Shown: positions 38,355-48,123, counted from the first letter of the stretch. The stretch: 64,000 bases of DNA from an uncultured Nitrospiraceae bacterium (GCA_963730935.1 CAVSTP010000004.1:1280001-1344000); one strand, 5' to 3'. Translations and numbers: made by a program. The notes: generated from the letters alone by a model not told the origin.

Positions 38355-39782
38355 ATGGCACGGCATCCGTCCACTCACCCACCCGATGCTCCCTATGAGG
38401 GCTCGGCCCTCATCGCTGATCCCATTCATAAGTATGTGTCCTTCACCGTGCCTTCGAGCCAGGCGGATCCGCACGAGCGGACGGAAAAGGATCTGATCGA
38501 CTCTCCCTGGGTACAGCGCCTCCGGCAGATCTATCAGCTTCAAAGCGCCCGTTGGGTCTACCCCTCCGCCGAGCACACGCGCTTCGTCCATTCAATCGGA
38601 ACGATGCACGTGGCTGGTCGCTTCGCGCGACATCTCTACCCGTTCCTAGTCAAGGCGGTTCCGGACGTTCCCTCGGCCAATTATGTCGAAGAATTCCTGC
38701 GGGTGACCGCCCTGGTGCATGACATCGGCCATGGACCGTTTTGCCATTTCTTCGATGACAACTACCTGCATGCCCTGCAGGCAAGCCACGAGAAGCTCGG
38801 CCAGCTCATCATTCGGGACCACCTCGGCCCCATCATTAAAAAAATCCGCCGCAGTCCATCAGGGGCGTTTGCAAAAGGCGAAGAGCTCAATCCTGACCAG
38901 ATCGCCCATGTGATCCTGAAGGAAAAGAGTAAGGACAACTCACGGCTGCCGCGCTGGCTCAACATGCTGCAGCCGGTGATCTCGGGCAGCTATACGGCCG
39001 ACAACCTGGACTATGTGCTGCGCGATTCCTACATGTGCGGCGTCGCCGTAGGGCCCGTCGATTTGACTCGTCTGATCCATTACACGATTATCACGGACAA
39101 AGGCTTTACCATTCACAAGACCGGCCTTCCGGCGCTGCAGATGTTCCTCAATACGAGAATGTATCTGTATTCGAATGTTTACTTCCACCGGACGACTCGT
39201 GCGATCGATATTCATCTGCGCGACATTTTCGGCGACACGATGAAGCTGTTGTTTCCCCACGATCCGCGAAAACGGATGGACGAGTATCTGACGTTTACCG
39301 ATTGGTCGCTGCTCGAAGCGGTGCGCGGCTGGAAGACGTCTCGTCACGCCGTCGAACGGCGGCTGGGAGAGGAATGGGGAAGGATTCTGGGCCGGGACGT
39401 GAAGTGGAAGATGGCCTACAGCACGGTGCTCAAGGAGAAGGGCCAAGAGCGGGGGATGGACTTCCCAAGCCACCACCATTTCGAAAAACAGATTCGAAAA
39501 GAAATGCCGCGAAGTCTGCAGCAGGTCGAGTTCCGTGTGGACATGGCACCGCTGGATCCCCGTCCGGACCCCAAGGATCAGCGGGGCATACCCCTCTATG
39601 TGTATGACCCGGGGACGAGGACGGTGTCCACTGAACCGTTGGAAGAATTTCTTGACCTGCTGCCGACCCGACTGGTCCAATTCCGCATCTACTCGCTGGA
39701 TCACCAGCACGATGCGGTGCTGTCCCGCGCCGCGGCCACGGTGCTCAACAAGACGCCGTCGAGCATCGAGTCGAATTACTAG
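38355..39782 (+). CDS. HD-domain phosphohydrolase (dNTPase/SAMHD1-like, COG1078 type)
   Basis: DPIH, QRLRQIYQL, AEHTRFVHSIG, HDIGHGPF.H, DNLDY..RD, VYFHRT. Confidence 0.88.
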   Translation: MARHPSTHPPDAPYEGSALIADPIHKYVSFTVPSSQADPHERTEKDLIDSPWVQRLRQIYQLQSARWVYPSAEHTRFVHSIGTMHVAGRFARHLYPFLVKAVPDVPSANYVEEFLRVTALVHDIGHGPFCHFFDDNYLHALQASHEKLGQLIIRDHLGPIIKKIRRSPSGAFAKGEELNPDQIAHVILKEKSKDNSRLPRWLNMLQPVISGSYTADNLDYVLRDSYMCGVAVGPVDLTRLIHYTIITDKGFTIHKTGLPALQMFLNTRMYLYSNVYFHRTTRAIDIHLRDIFGDTMKLLFPHDPRKRMDEYLTFTDWSLLEAVRGWKTSRHAVERRLGEEWGRILGRDVKWKMAYSTVLKEKGQERGMDFPSHHHFEKQIRKEMPRSLQQVEFRVDMAPLDPRPDPKDQRGIPLYVYDPGTRTVSTEPLEEFLDLLPTRLVQFRIYSLDHQHDAVLSRAAATVLNKTPSSIESNY

Positions 39783-40564
39783 GTCGACACCTTCAACGAG
39801 CGCGTCTCCCACAAGAGCGACTTCAAATCTTGAAGCTTCTTCAGTTGGGTCACAGACGGCCCGTCGAGGTGATGACGTTCGAGCGGAAAGCGTCCTTCGA
39901 ATTGCTCGATAGCCAGGCGTGCCTCATCGTCCCGTCCCGCTTGCAGGAGCAAATCCATCAACCGGAGGGAGGCCGGAACAATGTGGGAAACATGCCGCGC
40001 CTCCTTCGTACGCTCCACGACATACCGCAGTCCTTCGACCGCCGCGGCCCGATCAGTGTTCCCAAAGCACCATCCTTCGAGCAGATGCATGCTGATGCGG
40101 TCTGTATCGGCACTAATGCTCTTCCGCCAGGCTCCCTTGACCAACGCGCAGAGCTCTTCGGTCGACAGCCGGACAGGATGTTTTTTCGACGACTGCTGCA
40201 ACCGGCTCACGAGTTGTCTGGCTTCCGCCCATCCGCCGTAGAGCCCGACCAACAGGCCCTGGCATGGGACAGCGCCGCTGCAGGAGCCGTCAAGTGGAGA
40301 GAACTCGACCTTCCCCACTACTGTGGGCAGGAAGACCCGTCCGTGCGCCTGGACGCAGACAGGGCAAGACGTCCGATCATCCGGCAGGACGTAGAGATAC
40401 AACCGCACAACCGAACGATCAAACAGATCGATGGCTTGAATGCGTCCAGACCGGACCTGCAGTTGGTGGAAGAGCCACAAGCCCAGCAGCGCCAGGATGC
40501 CAAACAGGTAGAGCGTGCTTTCTGCCATAAGTCCCTCGATCGACAATACCGCAGTGAGCAGCAT
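39779..40564 (-). CDS. Hypothetical membrane-anchored Cys-motif protein
   Basis: Fills the gap between genes with a 4-nt convergent overlap; N-terminal TM helix, DDRTSCPVC...C....PC, helical C-terminus. Start may be the downstream MAES. Confidence 0.7.
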   Translation of the reverse strand: MLLTAVLSIEGLMAESTLYLFGILALLGLWLFHQLQVRSGRIQAIDLFDRSVVRLYLYVLPDDRTSCPVCVQAHGRVFLPTVVGKVEFSPLDGSCSGAVPCQGLLVGLYGGWAEARQLVSRLQQSSKKHPVRLSTEELCALVKGAWRKSISADTDRISMHLLEGWCFGNTDRAAAVEGLRYVVERTKEARHVSHIVPASLRLMDLLLQAGRDDEARLAIEQFEGRFPLERHHLDGPSVTQLKKLQDLKSLLWETRSLKVST

Positions 40565-40643
40565 AGCACCGGGTCCCGTAAACCCAAGCGAAATGCCAAA
40601 TTCATGTGGCGTCGTCGTAGGGAGAGGGAGGGCTGGGCTGATG

Positions 40644-41651
40644 TTACTGCTTGATGTGAAGCGCTTCTGGACTGGGCTGGGAGTCGGAACCAGAGAGGGC
40701 GGGGACCGACCCTGACCCGTTCTTGAACGGCAGGTCGAGCAGCGCGTAGGGGTTCACGCGGGCGCCGTTGAGTTTTACGCCCCAGTGCAGATGCGGGCCG
40801 GTCGCACGGCCGGTGGCCCCCACCTTCCCAAGGATTTGCCCGGCTTTCACGAGATCGCCGTCCTTGACGAGGACTTCGGACAGATGGAAGTACATGCTGT
40901 AGAAACCTAACCCGTGATCCACGAACACACCCTTGCCGGAAAACACATGATTGACGGTGAGCCGCACGACGCCGTCGTTGGTGGCAGCGACATCTGTGCC
41001 CAGCGGTGCGCCGATATCTTCACCGTTGTGCGGATTGCGCGCCTGACCGTTCATGATGCGAACGCTGCCGAAGATGCCGGTGCGCTTGCCGCTCACCGGC
41101 TCGATGAAGCCGCTGTGCCATAACCGAAGCGCGGAATTATCCGACAGCGCCTGCCGTACCTGCTCCTGTTCCATCTTCCAACGGGCCAGCGTCTTGTCGT
41201 CCAGATCGACTTTGTCCTTGGGCAGCTTCAAATGCTCGACGGCGAATTTTTCCTTCGCGACCAGTACATGATAGCTGAGCTGCCTGACCTGTTGTTCGCC
41301 GTTCTTGATAGTCACTGCGAGTTCATAGGTGCCGGGCGCATCCTGCATGTCGATGCCGACCAAGCCCAGATACCCGGACGGTTCTCCTGCCCGGATCTCC
41401 CGGAAGAACGGAATCGTCCGGTCCAGGAAGGTGCCTTTGACTTCGGTCGCCTCTTCGGCGACCGGGACCTTCACCAGTACCACTTGTCCTTGCCGGCCGC
41501 TGTATTGCCCGTCGATGCCCTTGGGCGCAGGAGGGGCATTCGGGAACAGCTCGACTGGAAAGACGCTGGTCAGGAGCACGACCAGCATGATCAGCGTGCG
41601 GTCCAACCGGGACACCCGTTGACCCACCTGTTTCAACGCGGAACTGAGCAT
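40644..41651 (-). CDS. M23 family metallopeptidase
   Basis: HNGED (HxxxD), YFHLS, GRATGPHLHW (HxH). Confidence 0.93.
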   Translation of the reverse strand: MLSSALKQVGQRVSRLDRTLIMLVVLLTSVFPVELFPNAPPAPKGIDGQYSGRQGQVVLVKVPVAEEATEVKGTFLDRTIPFFREIRAGEPSGYLGLVGIDMQDAPGTYELAVTIKNGEQQVRQLSYHVLVAKEKFAVEHLKLPKDKVDLDDKTLARWKMEQEQVRQALSDNSALRLWHSGFIEPVSGKRTGIFGSVRIMNGQARNPHNGEDIGAPLGTDVAATNDGVVRLTVNHVFSGKGVFVDHGLGFYSMYFHLSEVLVKDGDLVKAGQILGKVGATGRATGPHLHWGVKLNGARVNPYALLDLPFKNGSGSVPALSGSDSQPSPEALHIKQ

Positions 41652-41680
41652 CGGATACCTCGAACCTATCGACGAACCTA

Positions 41681-41783
41681 GAAGCTAAAGGTGCTTTGTC
41701 TCCACCGCCCACCAGAAGCACCAAGACGCTTCGCGGCGTGCCGCGGCGGGCGGGTGAGACAGACTGGCTTTGGTGACAGCTTC
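41681..41783. repeat. Intergenic palindromic REP-like element
   Basis: Outer gaagct/agcttc; inner tgtctccaccgcccacc (41697) pairs imperfectly with ggcgggcgggtgagaca (to 41761). Confidence 0.55.
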
Positions 41784-41784
41784 A

Positions 41785-43161
41785 TCACCGGTAAAACCGT
41801 AGGCCGGACACTTGCGAGACCAGCTCATCCACGCGTCGATTGACGGCGCTGAACGGATCCATGCAGAGGATTGTTTCTTCCCAATAGCCGTTCAGCTTCA
41901 AATAGGTCCAATCGACGGTGTAGGAGCGGTTCTTCGCTCGGGCAAATCTGATGAAGTCGCCGCGAACTTTCGCACGAGTCGTCTGCGGCGGCGTCGACAT
42001 AGCCCGCTGCACCGCGTCCTCTTCCACTACCCGCTCGACCAACCCGCGGGATTCCATGAGGTAGTACAGGCCCCTCGTGCGTTTCACATCATGGAATTGA
42101 AGATCCAGCAGGAATACACGGGGATCGTCCCAGTTGCAGCCCTTCCTGTCCACATAGGATTGGATAAGATGCCGCTTGGTGATCCAGTCGATTTCACGCA
42201 CCAGCTGCATCGGGTCATCTTCGAGCTTGTCCAGGATGGCCGCCCAACGCTTCCAGACATCATCCAGGATGGGATCATGGTCCTGCTGGGCCAAGTACTC
42301 CTGCGCCCGCTCGAGATACACCCGTTGAATTTCGACCGCCGTCAGCTGCCGCCCGTCGTCGAGTTTGATTTTTCGCTTCACCGTCGGATCGCGGGAGATC
42401 TCGCGGATCGCCTTGACGGGGTCTTCCAGTTCCATCCCATGCACGGAAAATCCTTCTTCGATCATCGAAAGGACGAGCGTGGCGGTCCCGACCTTGAGGT
42501 ACGTGACCAGTTCCGACATGTTGGAATCCCCGACGATGATGTGCAACCGCCGATAGCGTTCGGCATCGGCGTGCGGCTCGTCGCGCGTATTGATGATGCT
42601 GCGGGACGACGTAGTCGAAGAGGAAGTTTTTTCATGGATGTGCTGGGCCCGCTGGGAGATGAAAAACTGGGGCTTCCCCGAGACCTTGAGCACCTTGCCC
42701 GCCCCACTGTAGACCTGCCGAGTGACGAAGAAGGGAATGAGCTGCTCGGTCACCTTCCAGAAATCCACGTCACGGCGCATGAGAAAGTTTTCGTGACACC
42801 CATAGGTGTTGCCCAGAGAATCGGTGTTGTTCTTGAAAATATAGATTTCCCCCGACAGTCCCTCTTCGCGCAGTCGTTCTTCCGCCGCCGGCAGACAGGC
42901 CTCCAGCAGGCGCTCGCCGGCCTTGTCATGAACGACGAGGTCCAGAATGTTGTCGCACTCAGGCGTCGAATACTCGGGATGGCAGCCGGTGTCCTGATAA
43001 AACCGCGCGCCATTAACCAAGAACGCATTGGACGGCCAGCTGTTGGGAATCAGTCCCTCAAAGATGTAGCCCAGTACCTTTTCCATCGGCAGGTAAATCC
43101 GGCCGTTCGGAGAGAAAATGAGACCGTACTCGTTCTCGAGACCGAAAATGCGCTGCTTCAT
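41785..43161 (-). CDS. pafA: Pup--protein ligase
   Basis: RIFGLENEYG, FLVNGARFYQDTGCHPEYSTPECD, KNNTDS.GNTYGCHENF, RSIINTRDEPHAD, TTRAKVRG, VDW; no Dop loop. Confidence 0.93.
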   Translation of the reverse strand: MKQRIFGLENEYGLIFSPNGRIYLPMEKVLGYIFEGLIPNSWPSNAFLVNGARFYQDTGCHPEYSTPECDNILDLVVHDKAGERLLEACLPAAEERLREEGLSGEIYIFKNNTDSLGNTYGCHENFLMRRDVDFWKVTEQLIPFFVTRQVYSGAGKVLKVSGKPQFFISQRAQHIHEKTSSSTTSSRSIINTRDEPHADAERYRRLHIIVGDSNMSELVTYLKVGTATLVLSMIEEGFSVHGMELEDPVKAIREISRDPTVKRKIKLDDGRQLTAVEIQRVYLERAQEYLAQQDHDPILDDVWKRWAAILDKLEDDPMQLVREIDWITKRHLIQSYVDRKGCNWDDPRVFLLDLQFHDVKRTRGLYYLMESRGLVERVVEEDAVQRAMSTPPQTTRAKVRGDFIRFARAKNRSYTVDWTYLKLNGYWEETILCMDPFSAVNRRVDELVSQVSGLRFYR

Positions 43162-43245
43162 AGGACCTGGTGATGGCATAGAAGGAGAATACACGGCCTC
43201 CCGCTCATGTTCAACAGAAGCGGAAGGATTCGTCAGCGGAACGGC

Positions 43246-43929
43246 TTATGCGAGGAACTGCTTGGTTTCGGCGGAGCTGTACCGGCGGAATTTCCGATTG
43301 TCTCTGGTGCGGTCCAGCACCGCCACTTCAAGACCTTCGAGCGAGAGCTTTTGGTTGCCCGTCTGCTCGAGCGCGACGATACAGAGATTCAGCGCCGTCT
43401 TGAGATCCGGCGGCCTGGCCGGCACCTTCTCCTTGAGGGCGGCCTGAACGGCTTCGGACTTGCCGCCGATCACGGCAAACTGCTTCTCATCGATGATGCT
43501 CCCGTCGAAGGAGATGCGGTACATTTCGTTCGTGTGCCCGTTGTGGCCGATCTGGACGACAAGGATCTCCACTTCGAGCGGCTTCATTTCCTGACTGAAG
43601 ATCGTTCCCAGGCTTTGGGAATACCCGTTGGCAAGCGACCGGGCGGTCACATCCTCACGGCTGTACATGAAGCCCTTGAGATCCGCATGACGGATGCCCG
43701 CTTTGCGCAAATTTTCGAACTCGCTGTATTTCCCCGCGCCCGCGAAAGCGATGTTGTCATAAATCTCAGAAATTTTGTGAAGACTGGCGCTCGGATTCTC
43801 CGCGGCCAACAGGATGCCGTTCACATATTCCATCGCAATGATCGACCGGCCCTTGGCGATGCCTTTTTTGGCATACTCCGCCTTGTCCTGCATCATCTGC
43901 TCGGGCGAGACGTAGTAGGGCATCGGCAT
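43246..43929 (-). CDS. prcA: 20S proteasome alpha subunit
   Basis: PYYVSPEQMMQDKAEYAKKGIAKGRS, KISEIYD, LEVAVLDR. Confidence 0.96.
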   Translation of the reverse strand: MPMPYYVSPEQMMQDKAEYAKKGIAKGRSIIAMEYVNGILLAAENPSASLHKISEIYDNIAFAGAGKYSEFENLRKAGIRHADLKGFMYSREDVTARSLANGYSQSLGTIFSQEMKPLEVEILVVQIGHNGHTNEMYRISFDGSIIDEKQFAVIGGKSEAVQAALKEKVPARPPDLKTALNLCIVALEQTGNQKLSLEGLEVAVLDRTRDNRKFRRYSSAETKQFLA

Positions 43930-43931
43930 GG

Positions 43932-44759
43932 TTAGCGCTCCTTTGCACCGCGGCTGGCGAGCATCTCATCGTAGATGGCGCGGATCCGTGATTCCGCCAC
44001 GTCGATAATGCCGGTTCCATTGACGATCTTCGCCGTGGGATAGATCCCGCGCACCAGATCGGGACCTCCGGTGCCGACATCATCGTCGGCGGCGTTGTAG
44101 AGCGCTAGGAGGGCCAGTTTCAGCGCGTCGGGCTCGGCCATGGCCTTCGTGAAATGTTCGCGCATGGTGTTGCGGGCATCCTTTCCACCGGAGCCGATCG
44201 CATGATAATCGGACTCCTCGTAGCGTCCGCCGGCCAAATCGTATTTGAAAATCCGCCCTTCACTTCGTTTGAGATCATAGCCGACGTAGAGCGGCATCAC
44301 GACCAGTCCCTGGAACACCATCGGCAGGTTGGCCTTGACCATTTGTCCGAGCTTGTTCGCCTTTCCTTCACAAGACAGTTGCATGCCTTCCAGTTTCTCG
44401 TAGTGCTCCAGCTCGGTTTGGAACAGCCTCGCCATTTCAATGCAGGGCCCGGCCGCACCGGCGATCGCCATAGCCGAGTAGTCGTCGATCTTGAAAACTT
44501 TTTCGATGCGGCGCTCGGCGATCTGAAATCCCTCTGTTGCGCGGCGGTCGCCGGCAATGACGACGCCTTCCTGGTACTTGACAGCCAACACGGTGGTTGC
44601 ATGCGGGACGGCCATAGGTTGCACCGGTCGCGCGGGCTCGTGCTGCATGGACGGCACGTCAGGCAACCGCCGCCCACCCGGCGTCAACTCGGGATGCTGC
44701 CTGGTCAGGAAACTGAAGAAACTCGCGTCGTCGTGATTGGGGAGGAAGGGAAGCTTCAT
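43932..44759 (-). CDS. prcB: 20S proteasome beta subunit (with propeptide)
   Basis: PHA|TTVLA, AGDRRAT, ELEHYEKLEG, GKANKL, IGSG, DDDVGTGG. Confidence 0.96.
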   Translation of the reverse strand: MKLPFLPNHDDASFFSFLTRQHPELTPGGRRLPDVPSMQHEPARPVQPMAVPHATTVLAVKYQEGVVIAGDRRATEGFQIAERRIEKVFKIDDYSAMAIAGAAGPCIEMARLFQTELEHYEKLEGMQLSCEGKANKLGQMVKANLPMVFQGLVVMPLYVGYDLKRSEGRIFKYDLAGGRYEESDYHAIGSGGKDARNTMREHFTKAMAEPDALKLALLALYNAADDDVGTGGPDLVRGIYPTAKIVNGTGIIDVAESRIRAIYDEMLASRGAKER

Positions 44760-46259
44760 TTAGGCTTTCAGCTTTGCGAGCAAGGCCTCTGCGGTCTCCG
44801 ATTGGTCGAGCAATTCCGCCGTCAGTGATTCGGTGCCGCGCAGCGGGTCCATCAACGGCACTTTCTTGATGGTGGTGTTGCCGATATCGAAGAGCACCGA
44901 GGTCCAGCTGGCTCCGTAGATGGATTTGGAGAATTTTCCGATGCACCGTCCGCGGAAGTAGGCGCGCGTGCCGGACGGCGGCGTGAACTCCGCCCTGGCC
45001 ACTTCCACATCCTGCACGATGCGCTCGATGAGATGGCTGCGCTCGAGTGTATAGTACAGTCCCTTGTCAGGCCGAATGTCGTGATACTGCAGGTCCATCA
45101 GCCGCACGCGGGGATCATTCCATCCGCAGCCCTTGCGATCCATGTACGACTCGATCATGTGGCGCTTGGCCGCCCAGTCCAGCTCCTGCGCCAGCGAGCG
45201 GGGATCCCTCTCCAGCTTGTCGAGGACGTCTTCCCAGCGCACGAGAATGTCTTTCGTGACCTGGTCCAGTTCATGACAGGCGTAGAAGTCCATGGCCGCT
45301 TTGAGATACGTCCGTTGGATCTCCACGGCGGTGGTCGCTCGGCCGTCCGCCAGCTTCAACGTGCCCTTCATGGTCAAATCGCGGGACACCTGCTTGATGC
45401 CGAGGACGGGATCGTCGAGCTCGATCTGCGGCACATCGATGCCGGCCTCGAGGAGGTCCAACACGATTCCGAGAGTCCCCACCTTGAGATAGGTCGAGAG
45501 TTCCGCCATGTTCGCATCACCGACGATGACGTGAAGTCGTCGGTATTTGCCGTAGTCGGCGTGCGGTTCGTCGCGCGAGTTTACGATCGGACGCTTCACC
45601 ATCGTGTTGAGATCGACCAGACACTCGAAGAAGTCCGCCCGCTGGGAAATCTGGAATTCCGTGAAACTAGTTTGATTTTCTGCGCCGACTTTCCCTGCCC
45701 CGGCATAGATCAGTCTGGTGACGAAGAACGGCGCCAGCATTTTCACAATCCGTTCAAACGGCACCGCCCGGGATAGCATGTAGTTTTCGTGGTAGCCGTA
45801 GCTGTTGCCCTTGCCGTCGGAGTTGTTCTTGTAGAGGACGAACTGGTCGCGGCCTCGCAACCGCGTCATGTTGTCGAGGCATTGGGCGAGGATCCGCTCG
45901 CTGATGCGCTCAAAGGCCACGACTTCGCGAGGATTCGTGCATTCGGGGGTGGAATACTCCGGATGAGCGCCGTCCACATAGAGACGGCCGCCGTTGGACA
46001 GGACTTTGTTCAGCTGGCGGTTGTAATCGGGGTTCGGCCGTTCCCGCTCTCCCTCGACCTCGAACCCCCGGGCATCGAGCAGAGGATTTTCGTTCTCATA
46101 GTCCCAGACGGCATGAGGCACAGAGATGCCGGGATAGTGCCCGATGACCGCGAGCGAATTCGAAATAGGATCGGTAGCCGACGCATCTCTTGATGCAATG
46201 CCGAATTCCGTCTCCGTTCCGAGTACGCGAGGAGCCGTCGGGGGTGTGGAGTCCCGCAT
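44760..46259 (-). CDS. dop: Depupylase/deamidase
   Basis: VLGTETEFGI, Dop loop WDYENENPLLDARG, NGGRLYVDGAHPEYSTPEC, NNSDGKGNSYGYHENY, ASW. Confidence 0.93.
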   Translation of the reverse strand: MRDSTPPTAPRVLGTETEFGIASRDASATDPISNSLAVIGHYPGISVPHAVWDYENENPLLDARGFEVEGERERPNPDYNRQLNKVLSNGGRLYVDGAHPEYSTPECTNPREVVAFERISERILAQCLDNMTRLRGRDQFVLYKNNSDGKGNSYGYHENYMLSRAVPFERIVKMLAPFFVTRLIYAGAGKVGAENQTSFTEFQISQRADFFECLVDLNTMVKRPIVNSRDEPHADYGKYRRLHVIVGDANMAELSTYLKVGTLGIVLDLLEAGIDVPQIELDDPVLGIKQVSRDLTMKGTLKLADGRATTAVEIQRTYLKAAMDFYACHELDQVTKDILVRWEDVLDKLERDPRSLAQELDWAAKRHMIESYMDRKGCGWNDPRVRLMDLQYHDIRPDKGLYYTLERSHLIERIVQDVEVARAEFTPPSGTRAYFRGRCIGKFSKSIYGASWTSVLFDIGNTTIKKVPLMDPLRGTESLTAELLDQSETAEALLAKLKA

Positions 46260-46264
46260 GGGGG

Positions 46265-48034
46265 TCAGAGGTAGTGGCCGGTGGTGATGGTTTCGATCTG
46301 GCGCGACTCGCCCGGCCCCCCGCTGATAGTCCGGATATGCACGATTTTCTCGCCCTTCTTGCCCGCGACCTTGGCCCAGTCGTCGGGGTTGGTCGTGTTG
46401 GGCAGATCCTCGTGTTCCTTAAACTCCTCCCGGATCGCGCGGATCAGGTCCTCGGACCTGAGGCCCCGGCCTTCCTGGGCAATAGCGCGCTTGACGGCGT
46501 ACTTCTTGGCGCGCGAGACGATGCCTTCGATCAAGGCCCCGCTGGCGAAATCCTTGAAGTAGAGAATTTCTTTCTCGCCGTTCGCGTAGGTCACTTCGAT
46601 GAACCGGTTCTCCTCGGAGGTCGCGTACATGGTGCCGACCGTCAGGTCAGTCAGATGTTCGACGAAGGTCTTGACGTCTCCGCCGTGGCGCTTCAACTCT
46701 TCCTCGTCGAACGGCAGAGTGGTTCCCACGTACTTCGAGAAAATATCCTTCGCGGCCACTGCATCGGGACGGCCCACCTTCACCTTGACGTCCAACCGGC
46801 CGGCCCGCAGCACGGCGGGATCGATGAGATCCTGCCGGTTGCTCGCGCCGATGACGATCACGTTCCGCAACCGCTCGACGCCGTCGATCTCGGAGAGGAA
46901 TTGCGGCACAATCGTGGATTCGATGTCCGACGAGATACCGGTGCCGCGGGTACGGAAGAGGGCGTCCATTTCGTCGAAGAAGACGATGACCGGATTGCCG
47001 TCCGCCGCCCGTTCCTTGGCCTTCTTGAAGACTTCCCGCACCTGGCGCTCCGATTCTCCCACATATTTGTTGAGTAGCTCCGGCCCTTTGACATGTAGGA
47101 AGTAGCTCCTCACTTCCTTGCCGGTCAAGTGTCCCAACTTCTTCGCGATGGAGTTCGCCACGGCTTTGGCAATGAGCGTTTTCCCGCAGCCCGGTGGGCC
47201 ATACAACAGAACCCCTTTCGGGGCGCTGAGCTGGTATTCCGCGAACAAGTGAGGGTGGAGGAACGGCAGCTCGACCGCATCCCGCACCTGCTCCAACTCA
47301 TGCTGAAGTCCGCCGATATGGGCATAGTCCACATCAGGCACTTCCTCCAGCACCAATTCCTCTGCTTCCGATTTCGGCAGTTTTTCAATGACGCAGCCGG
47401 AACGCGGATCGAACAATAGGTGATCGCCCACGCTGAGACGCTCGGCCAGCAGGGGCTCGCCGAGTTCGGCAACCTTCTCTTCGTCGAAGTGGAGCGTGAC
47501 GAGCGCGCGGTTCCCCTCCAACAGATCCTTTAAGCGGACGACTTCACCCTGGACGTCGAATCCACGGGCTTCGATCACGTTCAAGGCTTCGTTCAGGATC
47601 ACTTCCTGCCCCTTCCGCAAGCCTTTGCTCGCAACCGTCGGGTGCAAGCTCACCTTCATCTTGCGTCCGGACACATACACGTTGCCGGTGCCGTCCTGGT
47701 TGAGGCTCGAGAAGATGGCGTAGGTGGAAGGAGGCGCGGTCAGTTTTTCGACTTCGGCGCGCAGCGCTTCGATTTGCGCTTTGGCTTCCTGAAGGGTCGT
47801 GACGAGCTTTTCGTTCTGCTTATTGGCCTGGTCGAGTTGGTAGCGGGATTGGTACAGCCGACGGATTTCTTCTTCCATCGACTGAATCTGGACGCGAAGC
47901 TTTTCGATCTCCCGATTTTGTTCGTCGTTCCGATGAATCACGTTTTGGTCTCCCTCGGACAACCGCTTCGTAATGTGCTTAACGGAATCTCGGAGGGACC
48001 GGAGCCGGCTTGGACTTCCTTTCGAATCGGCCAT
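46265..48034 (-). CDS. arc: Proteasome-associated AAA ATPase (ARC/Mpa)
   Basis: N-terminal coiled coil, OB region, GPPGCGKT, KGPELLNKYVGE, FFDEMD, LPNTTNPDDW, C-terminal GHYL. Confidence 0.96.
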   Translation of the reverse strand: MADSKGSPSRLRSLRDSVKHITKRLSEGDQNVIHRNDEQNREIEKLRVQIQSMEEEIRRLYQSRYQLDQANKQNEKLVTTLQEAKAQIEALRAEVEKLTAPPSTYAIFSSLNQDGTGNVYVSGRKMKVSLHPTVASKGLRKGQEVILNEALNVIEARGFDVQGEVVRLKDLLEGNRALVTLHFDEEKVAELGEPLLAERLSVGDHLLFDPRSGCVIEKLPKSEAEELVLEEVPDVDYAHIGGLQHELEQVRDAVELPFLHPHLFAEYQLSAPKGVLLYGPPGCGKTLIAKAVANSIAKKLGHLTGKEVRSYFLHVKGPELLNKYVGESERQVREVFKKAKERAADGNPVIVFFDEMDALFRTRGTGISSDIESTIVPQFLSEIDGVERLRNVIVIGASNRQDLIDPAVLRAGRLDVKVKVGRPDAVAAKDIFSKYVGTTLPFDEEELKRHGGDVKTFVEHLTDLTVGTMYATSEENRFIEVTYANGEKEILYFKDFASGALIEGIVSRAKKYAVKRAIAQEGRGLRSEDLIRAIREEFKEHEDLPNTTNPDDWAKVAGKKGEKIVHIRTISGGPGESRQIETITTGHYL

Positions 48035-48094
48035 CGAAGCACCTGGGACAAGCGACAGACTCCTGATGAATCGCAAAGTCCAAGTCTTGAGCGG

Positions 48095-48123
48095 ATTCTA
48101 ACACTCGTTATTTTCACGGTCAA
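48095..48123 (-). promoter_or_regulatory. Sigma70 promoter for the arc-dop-prcBA-pafA operon
   Basis: TTGACC-17 nt-TAGAAT with extended TGn. Confidence 0.72.

Noticed and set aside
41812..43173. 453-aa plus-strand ORF
   Set aside because: Antisense shadow of pafA. Similar shadows overlie dop, arc, bamA, lpxI and uvrB.
44659..44946. Small ORF spanning the dop-prcB junction as a hidden Pup
   Set aside because: It overlaps both genes, has no GGE/GGQ terminus and lacks Pup's acidic helical composition.
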